DNA of 64,000 bases from NCBI GenBank assembly GCA_965242525.1, contig OZ251459.1, positions 3,353,515 through 3,417,514 on the forward strand, in the 5' to 3' direction. Position numbers and translations under genes: made by a program. Shown piece after piece: positions 18,600 to 26,818 of the stretch. Source of the stretch: an uncultured Candidatus Binatia bacterium (lineage in GTDB: Bacteria > Desulfobacterota > Binatia > UBA9968 > JAJDTQ01). Numbering within the stretch: the first letter of the stretch is position 1; every line of letters starts with the position of its first letter. A model generated the notes under the pieces. That model did no database searches. It saw only the letters and a program-made list of their open reading frames with translations, and was not told the DNA's origin.

Positions 18600-19230
18600 C
18601 CCCGACCCTCCCGTCCCCGGTTCGTCCTCGTCCCCGTTCGTCCCGAGCGTAGCGAAGCAAAGGAACCTCTGAAAAATGGCTCTTCCGGCTTTCGTGTGGG
18701 TAAGGTAGAAGGGAAAGGGAAGCGACATCTCCGCGGACACTCACCCCGTCATTCCCGCAAACGCCCCACCCTCCGTCATTCCCGCGAAAGCGGGAATCCA
18801 TCCACTTTCCTCGCTCTCGTTGTACAAACGGAACCCCTGAACAATCGGATAGAGGCAAGGCCCGTCCTTCGACTCCGCTACGCTACGCTCAGGACGAACG
18901 GAAATAGGGGCGTCAGGGTGAGGGAATCCATCCTGTATGTCTCGATTGTTCAGAGGCCCCAAACCCTCATACAGGGCGCCCACGGAGTTTGCTCGCAAGG
19001 TCTGGATTCCCGCTTTCGCGGGAATGACGTGAAGGGGCTTTCGCGGGAATGACGAGGCAGGGCTTTCACGGGGAGGATGAAATGGGGAGTGTCGCAACCC
19101 ACACGAATTCCGGAAGCGCCTGAAAAATCGAGACATGGAGCATGGGTTCCTTCACCCTGACCCCTATCTCCGTTCGTCCTGAGCGTAGCGAAGCGAAGTC
19201 GAAGGACGCGCTCATGCTCCCCCTGTCCCG
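18600..19230. repeat. A 630-bp intergenic mosaic of REP/MITE-like repeats: RepA x3, the palindromic RepB hairpin GGATTCCCGCTTTCGCGGGAATGAC with 23-bp tandem derivatives, and RepC GGCTCTTCCGGCTTTCGTGTGGGTA with its inverse CCCACACGAATTCCGGAAGCGCC.
   Basis: The same motifs recur at 12284-12310, 23940-23975, 35556-35582, 38460-38700 and 39305-39490. Track ORFs 18696..19052 and 18741..19136 are just translations of these repeats. Confidence 0.85.
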
Positions 19231-19242
19231 ATTGCGCGACGG

Positions 19243-20226
19243 TCAGGCGGGTTGGCTGGCCAGCGTCCGGCGCACCGCGGCAACGATGTCGTCCTTGCCC
19301 GGCACGAACCGGCCCTCCAGGGGCGGGGAGCAGGGGACCGGCGCGTTGGGCGCGGCGACCCGGAGGATCGGAGCGTCCAGGTAGTAGAGGGCTTGCTCCT
19401 GGACCCGGGCGGCGACCTCGGCGCCGACGCCGCCCTGCTCCACCGCCTCGTGGGCCACGATGAGCCTCGACGTCTTCCTCACCGAGTCCACCAGGGTCTC
19501 CACGTCCAGCGGCGCCAGACTGCGGAGGTCGATGACCTCCACGGAGACGCCTTCCCCGGCCAGCGCTTCGGCCGCTTCCAGGGCCGGCGCGACCATGTGG
19601 GAGAGCGCGGCCACGGTGGCATCGGCGCCGGACCGGAGCACCGCGGCCTTGCCCAAAGGCAGGCTGCCGCGGTCCTCCGGGACCGGCCCGCGGGAGAAGT
19701 AGAGGCCCCGGTGCTCGATGAACAGCACCGGGTTGTCGTCGCGGACCGCGGCCTTCAGCAGCCCTTCGGCGTCCGCGGGACTCGACGGCATGACCGCCTT
19801 CAGGCCGGGCACGTGCAGGAACCACGACTCCAGGCTCTGGGAATGGTGCGCGCCCATGTTGCCCTTGACCCCGCACTGGACCCGCACGGTCAGGGGCACT
19901 TTCAGTTGTCCGCCCGACATGTAGTGCAGCTTGGCCGCGTGGTTCACGAGCTGGTCCATGGCCAGCGTGATGAAGTCCACGAACATGACCTCCACCACCG
20001 GACGCAGCCCGGACAGGGCCGCGCCGACGGCGATGCCCATGACCGCGCCTTCGCTGATGGGAGTGTTCACCACGCGGTGGCCGCCCAGTTCCTCGGCGAT
20101 GCCCCGGGTGACCCCGAACGGTCCTCCCAGGGCCACGTCCTCGCCAAAGACGTACACCGATGCGTCCCGCCTCATCTCCGCCAGCAACCCCGCGCGGACC
20201 GCTTCCAGGTAGCTCATTTCCGGCAT
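19243..20226 (-). CDS. Alpha-keto acid (pyruvate/acetoin) dehydrogenase E1 component, beta subunit.
   Basis: Transketolase-like pyrimidine-binding and C-terminal domains (MSYLEAVRAGL..., FGEDVALGGPFGVT). ATG at 20226 has a GAGGT RBS. Confidence 0.8.
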   Translation of the reverse strand: MPEMSYLEAVRAGLLAEMRRDASVYVFGEDVALGGPFGVTRGIAEELGGHRVVNTPISEGAVMGIAVGAALSGLRPVVEVMFVDFITLAMDQLVNHAAKLHYMSGGQLKVPLTVRVQCGVKGNMGAHHSQSLESWFLHVPGLKAVMPSSPADAEGLLKAAVRDDNPVLFIEHRGLYFSRGPVPEDRGSLPLGKAAVLRSGADATVAALSHMVAPALEAAEALAGEGVSVEVIDLRSLAPLDVETLVDSVRKTSRLIVAHEAVEQGGVGAEVAARVQEQALYYLDAPILRVAAPNAPVPCSPPLEGRFVPGKDDIVAAVRRTLASQPA

Positions 20227-20233
20227 ACGGACC

Positions 20234-21226
20234 TCAAGCATAGACTTGGGTTGCGGCCTCCCGGGGCTTGGGCCAGGGAGACGAAAGGGCGAACCGCGCG
20301 GCTTCCTCCACCAGCGCCCGGGCGTCGCTCTCCGCCTCCTCCAGGTCCTTCGGGGAAGCGGCTTTCCTCCGCTTCAGGACGCGGGTGAAGCGGGCGATGG
20401 GGTCCTTCTTCTTCCAGTCGGCCAGCCGAGACAGCTCCCGGTACTTGCCGGGGTCGCCCTCGTAGTGCCCCCGGAGACGGTAGGTCAGGCATTCGACGAA
20501 CGCGGGACCCTTGCCCCCGCGGGCGCCGCGCACCGCCCGGTCCAGGGCGCCGCGCACCGCCAGGACATCGTTGCCGTCCACGGTGGCCGCGGAGATGTCG
20601 TAGGTCTCCGCATGCCGGGCGAGCCGCTCCACCCGCGTGTGGGCGGACAGCGGCGTGAACTCGGCGTAGCCGTTGTTCTCGCACACGAAGACCACCGGAA
20701 GCCGCCACAGGCTGGCGATGTTCAGGGACTCGTGGAAGGGGCCGGCCTGGCCGGCGCCGTCGCCGAAGAACACCACCGCCACCCGCCCGGCGCCCTTCTC
20801 CCGGGCCGCGAAGGCCGCGCCCAGGGCCAGCGGCGCCGTGCCCGCCACCACGCCGCTGGCGGTGACGAACCCGGACTCCGCGGCCGCCACGTGCATGGAC
20901 CCGCCCTTGCCGCGGCAATAGCCGGTGGCCCTCCCGGCGAGTTCGGCCATGAGCCGGTTCACGTCCGCGCCCTTGGCGATGGCGTGCCCGTGGGACCGGT
21001 GGCCGCCGAAGACCGTGTCCTCCCGGTCGAGCACGCTGCACGCCCCCACCGCCACCGCCTCCTGCCCGATGCCGAGATGGAGCAGGCCCACGATCTCCCG
21101 GGCCGCGTAGAGCGCGGACACCTTCTCCTCGAAGGCGCGGATCACCCACATGCGCCGGAGCAGCGACACCAGGTCCCGGTCACCGTCCCGGCGCGCCGCG
21201 GAACGCCCTTGCCCGGTTGCCTTCAT
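20234..21226 (-). CDS. TPP-dependent dehydrogenase E1 component, alpha subunit.
   Basis: TPP-binding motif GDGAGQAGPFHESLNIA...NNGYA, and the typical AcoA/PdhA fold. Confidence 0.8.
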   Translation of the reverse strand: MKATGQGRSAARRDGDRDLVSLLRRMWVIRAFEEKVSALYAAREIVGLLHLGIGQEAVAVGACSVLDREDTVFGGHRSHGHAIAKGADVNRLMAELAGRATGYCRGKGGSMHVAAAESGFVTASGVVAGTAPLALGAAFAAREKGAGRVAVVFFGDGAGQAGPFHESLNIASLWRLPVVFVCENNGYAEFTPLSAHTRVERLARHAETYDISAATVDGNDVLAVRGALDRAVRGARGGKGPAFVECLTYRLRGHYEGDPGKYRELSRLADWKKKDPIARFTRVLKRRKAASPKDLEEAESDARALVEEAARFALSSPWPKPREAATQVYA

Positions 21227-21227
21227 G

Positions 21228-22766
21228 CTACTCCTTCCGTTGGCTCCGCGGGTCGTCCAGCGGCGTCCTGGGTCCGTCCAGGGCCAGCCGCCGGAAACGC
21301 GCCCGGTCCACCTTGAAGTCGTGGGCGTCGGTCTCCGGCCATTGGTAGAACGCGTCCGGGATCTTGTAGCGCGGCAGGGTCCGCCCGAGCCAGGCGGCCA
21401 GCGCCGCGGCGCCGGGACGCTCCCCCCGTGTCTGCACGAACGCCACGCACCGCTGGCCGAACTCCTCGTCGGGGATGGGCGCCACCACCGCCCGGTCCAC
21501 CCCGTCGTGGTCGGTCAGGGCGCGCTCGATCTCCTCGGGGTGGATGGTCTCGCCGCCGGAGAAGAAGCGGTTGTCGCGCCGGCCGATGACCGTCAGGTAG
21601 CCGTCCTCGTCCACGCGCCCGAGATCCCCGGTGGCGAACCAGCCGTCCGGGGTCAGGGGACGCATCAGGCTCCCGCCCTCCACGTAGCCCATGAACAGGG
21701 TCTCTCCGGCCAACTGGATCTCCCCCTCGCCGCCGATCCGGAGGCGGCGGTACGGCAGCAGCTTCCCGGAAGTGAGCCGCTGGGCGGTGGTGGAACCGGG
21801 TCCCGCGGTAGCCACCTGGGAGGCCATCTCGGTGCAGCCGTAGCTGGCGAACACCGGCAGACCGCGAGCGCCCGCCCGTTGCAGCAGTTTCCGCGGGACC
21901 GGGCTGCCCCCCAGGACGATGCAGCGGAGCGAAGGGTAGCGCACGGACTCGGGCCGCTGCAACAACCTGTGGAGCTGGGTGGCCACCACCGACAGGTGCG
22001 TGACCTCGTAACGGTTCAGGACCGCGTCCAAGGTCTCTCCCCGGTCCGGCATCACCACCGCGGCCCCCGCCAGCAGGCAGCGGAAGAGGATACCGAGCCC
22101 GCCCACGTGGTAGAGCGGCAGGTCCAGCAGCCAGCGGTCCCCGGCCGCCAGCGGCAGGTTCCGGTTGGATCCCAGGGCGTTGTAGTAGTGGTTGCCGTAG
22201 GAGTGGAGCACCGCCTTGGGCGCGCCGGTGCTGCCGGAGGTAAAGACGATGGTCGCGGCGCGGCCGAGGGGCATGGCGGAACCCTGGGTATCCTCGACCA
22301 AGGGATCCCTGTCCGCGGCGAATTTGCGGCCGGCATGGGATTCGGCAAGATCCATGTGCGTATCGGCGACCGGCGAGGCTCCGGCCGCGGCAAGGTCCCG
22401 GCCCCGGATCAGGGTCGCGCGGTCTCCGAGCCCCTGCTCGTCCGGGACCTGGGCCACCAGCTTCCGGCAGTCGATGCGCCGCAGCAGGTCGGCCACCGGG
22501 CGGTTGGGCAGGCGGGTGTTCATGGGACAGCACACCGCGCCCAGCCGGAGCAGCGCCAACAGCCAGACGAGGTAGTCCGGGCTGTTGGGCGCCAGTACGG
22601 CCACGCGCTCGCCGGGGGCGCAACCGGCCCGTCGCAGGGCAGCGGCCGCGGCGGCGACGCGGCCGCGGAGTTCGGCGAAGGAGAGGACGCGGTCGCCGCG
22701 CACCACCGCGGGGCGGTCGCCGGAATGCTCGGCCGCTTCTTCGAGGGGGCAGCGGACCTCAGTCAT
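21228..22766 (-). CDS. menE: o-Succinylbenzoate--CoA ligase (adenylate-forming enzyme).
   Basis: AMP-binding motif TSGSTGAPKAV and GEL(x)xGxxxxxGY. Located directly downstream of menC. Confidence 0.75.
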   Translation of the reverse strand: MTEVRCPLEEAAEHSGDRPAVVRGDRVLSFAELRGRVAAAAAALRRAGCAPGERVAVLAPNSPDYLVWLLALLRLGAVCCPMNTRLPNRPVADLLRRIDCRKLVAQVPDEQGLGDRATLIRGRDLAAAGASPVADTHMDLAESHAGRKFAADRDPLVEDTQGSAMPLGRAATIVFTSGSTGAPKAVLHSYGNHYYNALGSNRNLPLAAGDRWLLDLPLYHVGGLGILFRCLLAGAAVVMPDRGETLDAVLNRYEVTHLSVVATQLHRLLQRPESVRYPSLRCIVLGGSPVPRKLLQRAGARGLPVFASYGCTEMASQVATAGPGSTTAQRLTSGKLLPYRRLRIGGEGEIQLAGETLFMGYVEGGSLMRPLTPDGWFATGDLGRVDEDGYLTVIGRRDNRFFSGGETIHPEEIERALTDHDGVDRAVVAPIPDEEFGQRCVAFVQTRGERPGAAALAAWLGRTLPRYKIPDAFYQWPETDAHDFKVDRARFRRLALDGPRTPLDDPRSQRKE

Positions 22767-23850
22767 GCCGCGCCTCGCGCAACAGCGCGCAGTCGATGCG
22801 GTGGTCCCGGGCCAGGTCGTCGTTCCAGGACAGGGCGTCCGGTCGGAACCGGATGCGCGGCCGGACCACGTCGGCGTCGAGCCAGCGGTAGGTGTCGAGG
22901 CCCGCGGGGACTGCCGCGCCGGTGGAGTCCCAGGCGAACCCTGCCACCGCCAGCGTCCCGACGCCGCTCTCGAAACAGCCGCTCGCCACCGGGCGCACGC
23001 CCAGGGCCAGCGCCTTGGCGGCCCATTCCCGGGCCCTTGCCGCGCCGCCCAGGAGCGTGGGCTTCAACACCACCGCGCCCACCTCCTGGCGTCCTTCCAG
23101 GTCGTCGGGTCCGAGCTCCAACAGGCTCTCGTCCAGCCCCACCGGGATGCCGGTGGCGTCGAAGAACTCTCCCAGGCGCGCCGGGTCGCGCAGGGGCTCC
23201 TCCAGGTACTCGACGCCCGCGTCGCCCGCCGCCTTGCCGAAGGCCACCGCCTGCTCCAGGCTCCAGCTCCGGTTGGCGTCCAGCCGGAGGCTCACGCCTT
23301 GCCCCACCGCGGCCCGCACCGCCCGCGTCAACTCCGCGTCTTCCGCCGCCCCTCGACTCCCCACCTTGAGCTTGACCGCGCGGCAACCCGCGTCCCCGAG
23401 TCGCGCGGCCTGCCGCAGCACTTCCTCCCGGGACCCCATCAGCAGACCGTTGACCGGGACTGCGCCGTCGAAGCCCGGCAACTCCCCGTCAGTCCCCGTG
23501 CGCATGCGCCGCGACAGGCTCGCCAGCGCGGTCTCCAGGCCGAAACGCACCGACGGCGAGGCCGCCTCGGGCGGCTCGCGGCCCAGCCACGATTCGAGGT
23601 CGCCGCCGCCGGGCTCGAACCCCGCGCCTCCCAGACGCCGGGCAAGGGCGGTGAACTCGGCCGCGGCGTCGTCCACGCTCTCGCGGCTGAACCCGGGCAG
23701 CGGCGCCGCGTCGCCCCAACCCCACGCCCCGGAATCCGCCTGCACCCGCACCAGCAGGCCCGTGCGCTCGCGCACCGCCCCGCCCGCCAGCGGCAGCGGC
23801 CGCGCCAGCGGCAGGCGGTAGCGAAAGATCCGGCAGCCCTCGATCCTCAT
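22759..23850 (-). CDS. menC: o-Succinylbenzoate synthase (enolase superfamily).
   Basis: Enolase-superfamily barrel with KLKVG...LRLDAN.SW...EEP; lies in the men gene context. Confidence 0.75.
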   Translation of the reverse strand: MRIEGCRIFRYRLPLARPLPLAGGAVRERTGLLVRVQADSGAWGWGDAAPLPGFSRESVDDAAAEFTALARRLGGAGFEPGGGDLESWLGREPPEAASPSVRFGLETALASLSRRMRTGTDGELPGFDGAVPVNGLLMGSREEVLRQAARLGDAGCRAVKLKVGSRGAAEDAELTRAVRAAVGQGVSLRLDANRSWSLEQAVAFGKAAGDAGVEYLEEPLRDPARLGEFFDATGIPVGLDESLLELGPDDLEGRQEVGAVVLKPTLLGGAARAREWAAKALALGVRPVASGCFESGVGTLAVAGFAWDSTGAAVPAGLDTYRWLDADVVRPRIRFRPDALSWNDDLARDHRIDCALLREARHD

Positions 23851-24042
23851 GATGCTAAGGTTAGCCAGGCTAGGAGCCTGTCCGAGTAAGGAATCCTGGA
23901 TTCCAGGTCAAGCCTAGAATGACCGGACGGAACTTCTCCCGTCATTCCCGCGAAAGCGGGAATCCAGAGGAAGCGAGCCCCACTTCCCCGTGGCGGGTCG
24001 CTTCCCTTTCATCGTGTTCCATTTTATTTCTCCTTCCCCCTT

Positions 24043-24069
24043 TTCATTGGCTACTTCGCCAAGTATAAT
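24043..24069 (+). promoter_or_regulatory. Candidate sigma70-type promoter (TTCATT-N15-TATAAT) for the low-GC cassette.
   Basis: Perfect TATAAT at 24064-24069, 77 nt upstream of the XRE gene ATG; the -35 is weak. Confidence 0.3.
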
Positions 24070-24145
24070 CTGTCTCAAGGGTAAAGCATGCCCTAACCGA
24101 TGTCAATACCCGACAGTTTATTTTTGTCGAACTCGACATTAAAGG

Positions 24146-24496
24146 ATGCTTGCTCTGTCTGAAATCTTTCAACAACGTTTAAGGGCTGCTAGGGGTACAC
24201 GCGAATGGAGCCAAAGCGATTTGGCTAAACGCGCGGGTTTGCCGCCTAGCTCGATTGCCCATTTTGAAACCGGACCGCGCAAGCCGTCTTTCGAAACCCT
24301 GCGTCGCTTGGCTAATGCCCTAGAAGTTACGACCGATTATCTTCTAGGGAGAGTCGAAGATCCAGGTCTTGCCGAATCAGGAGATCCGCTCTTCCGTGAT
24401 ATTGGCAACCTGACCGGCAGTGATCGCGACCTAGCGAGAGACTTCCTCAAAATGTTGACGGAACGCAGTTCGGCTAAGCAAGGGAGGATCAAATGA
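24146..24496 (+). CDS. XRE-family helix-turn-helix transcriptional regulator.
   Basis: HTH_XRE signature WSQSDLAKRAGLPPSSIAHFETG; AAAGGA RBS; about 50% GC. Confidence 0.8.
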   Translation: MLALSEIFQQRLRAARGTREWSQSDLAKRAGLPPSSIAHFETGPRKPSFETLRRLANALEVTTDYLLGRVEDPGLAESGDPLFRDIGNLTGSDRDLARDFLKMLTERSSAKQGRIK

Positions 24497-24708
24497 ATGT
24501 GCCCTTGGTTTAGAGTTAGCCAAAAGGATGGGGGGAGCTATCCAGGGTTTTGAAATTCAACCTTGCCCGTCACCTCTCTTGAAATGGCAGGACTCCACGA
24601 TATCGTCTGGAGCCGAAACTCGGCATCGCCACAGGGGTGTCAGGAATGCTGTCTGTACTGGGAAGTCATTTGCTGAGCAGATCGTTACCGCTATAACGGA
24701 GTCATCAA

Positions 24709-25578
24709 ATGGCTACGGGAAAAAGCTCGACTGTCTATCGCGCCCTTAGCTTGGGTGCGGGAGCGCAGAGTTCTGTTTTAGCACTCCTGCTATCTCGATC
24801 CGACCCCCATTTAGCTAAGCTTGGGTATCACAAGCCCAATGCCGCCATCTTCGCTGATACCGGATGGGAACCTGAGTATGTGTATCGTCATTTGGACTGG
24901 CTTGAGGGACAGCTTCGGTATCCGCTGATCCGAGTGTCCGAAGGCAATCTGAGGACTAACCTTAAACAGGCCCGCACTGTGTCAGGTCATCGTTTTGTTG
25001 ATGTCCCCTTATTCATAGTCGATGGGGACGGCAGGAAAGGGATGTTACGCCGACAGTGCACCACTCACTACAAAATCAGGCCGATTTATCGACAGATCCG
25101 AAAGCTTGCCGGAGGACAGCCTAGTCGACCGTTCCCCAAGGACACCCATGCTGAAATATGGCTCGGGATTTCGCTGGACGAGGTCGGCCGCATGAAGCCG
25201 AGCAAGGAACCGTGGGTAGAACATCGATGGCCGCTGGTGGACATCGGCATGACACGTCAAGATTGTATCGAATGGTTTCAGTCTGAGTATCCAGACCGCC
25301 ATCTACCTCGGTCGGCCTGCGTCATTTGCCCGTATCGTTCAGACAAACATTGGTTGGAATTGAAACGACATGAACCTACTAGCTACAAAGAGGCTGTGCA
25401 ATTCGACCGCTGGCTCCGAAGAAGCACCGAGACACCTCTACGCAAACTGCTGAACGGTCGCCCATATCTGCATTCGGCTCGGCGACCCCTCGCCAGCGTC
25501 ATGAAGGAACGGAAGACGGAAGACGTGGGCGATATAAATAACTTCAACAATGAATGCGAGGGTCTCTGTGGTGTCTGA
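24709..25578 (+). CDS. PAPS reductase / PP-loop ATP-pyrophosphatase-like protein (DndC/CysH-like fold). First gene of the 4-gene cassette.
   Basis: N-terminal degenerate PP-loop YRALSLGAGAQSSVLALL. C-terminal Cys-rich segments CTTHYKIRP and CVICPYRSDKHW. GGAG RBS. Confidence 0.5.
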   Translation: MATGKSSTVYRALSLGAGAQSSVLALLLSRSDPHLAKLGYHKPNAAIFADTGWEPEYVYRHLDWLEGQLRYPLIRVSEGNLRTNLKQARTVSGHRFVDVPLFIVDGDGRKGMLRRQCTTHYKIRPIYRQIRKLAGGQPSRPFPKDTHAEIWLGISLDEVGRMKPSKEPWVEHRWPLVDIGMTRQDCIEWFQSEYPDRHLPRSACVICPYRSDKHWLELKRHEPTSYKEAVQFDRWLRRSTETPLRKLLNGRPYLHSARRPLASVMKERKTEDVGDINNFNNECEGLCGV

Positions 25579-26818
25579 AACAGAGGCTGAAACAATCAGG
25601 CCAAGATATTCCTTATATCCCTACCAGCGTCAGGTGCTGGCCGACGTTCTTCGTGCCCTATCGTTTTCCGAACGTCGTGTGCTTGCTCATCTTCCTACTG
25701 GCGCCGGGAAAACCAGAATCGCAGCCCATGCTGCTTGCCATATGCTCAACGATCACGACACAGACAAGTCTCTTGTAATTTGGTTAGCGGCCACAGAGGA
25801 ACTCTGTGAGCAAGCAGCAGAGCAGCTTTCAAGGGCATGGATTTATCTGGGACGACGAGATGCCTGCATCCATCGACATTGGGGAACAAAGTCGGCGGAA
25901 CTACGGGACCTCCATTCGGGGTTTTTGGTGACAGGTCTTGCTAAACTTCGCTCCGCCGCTTTTTCAGATAACACTCTCCTTGCGCATCTTGCACACCGCG
26001 CTGCTGCGGTCATTTTTGACGAAGCCCATCAGGCAATTGCAGCAACCTACTCCTTTATTACAGAGCAACTATGCAGTGTAAAGCCACCTCTTCTTGGTCT
26101 TACAGCCACGCCGGGACGAACCGCGAATCTCACTGACGCAGATTATCTCCTTGCTAACATGTTCAATAATAACAAGGTTTCCATAGACCCAAGGGGACAC
26201 GGCAACCCTGTTACCTATTTGATCCAGAATCGCTACCTAGCCGATCCGCGATTTGTGTCTGTCAGATTCGATTCCGCCGCGTCGATTATTGACCCTTTAC
26301 CCGGTACAGACTACCGTACAGAAGACCTTGACGATTTGGGCCGCAGCCGCGAGCGCACGCGCAAGATTGTAGATCTCGCCGTGGCCGCAGCGGAGCATCA
26401 CCCTCGTACAATCATGTTTTGCCCTTCCGTTGAGAGTGTTTTGGAATGCAACAAACTCCTTCAAGCCAGGTCGGTCAAGACGGCTGTAGTCACGGCTCAC
26501 ACACCAAAGGAAGAACGTCGTGAAATCATCGAGACGTTCAGAAGTAACGACAGAGAGCACATGCTAATACTTAATTATGGCGTGCTCACTGCAGGTTTCG
26601 ATGCCCCTCGTACCCGCTGCGTCATCATCGCACGCCCGACCACTTCGCTGGTACTTTACTCGCAAATGGTCGGTCGAGCTATGCGTGGCCCGATGGCCGG
26701 GGGAAATTCCAAGGCCGAAATCTTTACGGTTACTGACACCAACCTTCCAGGGTTTGGTTCTGTGGTTGACGCCTTTACAAATTGGGAGGATCTATGGACG
26801 ACCAACTCGCCGAATTAG
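25550..26818 (+). CDS. SF2 DEAD/DEAH-box helicase.
   Basis: Motifs I HLPTGAGKT, II FDEAHQ, III LTATP and VI QMVGRAMRG. Overlaps the preceding gene by 29 nt. Confidence 0.8.
   Translation: MNARVSVVSETEAETIRPRYSLYPYQRQVLADVLRALSFSERRVLAHLPTGAGKTRIAAHAACHMLNDHDTDKSLVIWLAATEELCEQAAEQLSRAWIYLGRRDACIHRHWGTKSAELRDLHSGFLVTGLAKLRSAAFSDNTLLAHLAHRAAAVIFDEAHQAIAATYSFITEQLCSVKPPLLGLTATPGRTANLTDADYLLANMFNNNKVSIDPRGHGNPVTYLIQNRYLADPRFVSVRFDSAASIIDPLPGTDYRTEDLDDLGRSRERTRKIVDLAVAAAEHHPRTIMFCPSVESVLECNKLLQARSVKTAVVTAHTPKEERREIIETFRSNDREHMLILNYGVLTAGFDAPRTRCVIIARPTTSLVLYSQMVGRAMRGPMAGGNSKAEIFTVTDTNLPGFGSVVDAFTNWEDLWTTNSPN

Noticed and set aside
18696-19136. ORFs 18696..19052 +, 18741..19136 -, 38397..38672 - and the N-terminal 70 aa of 38275..38670 -.
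   Set aside because: These are translations of RepA/RepB/RepC repeat units (e.g. VIPAKAGIQTLRAN recurs wherever RepB occurs); they are not genes.
24528-24749. ORF 24528..24749 + (73 aa) between the XRE gene and the PAPS-reductase-like gene.
   Set aside because: No RBS, odd composition, and it overlaps the start and RBS of the 24709 gene. It is more likely untranslated leader sequence.
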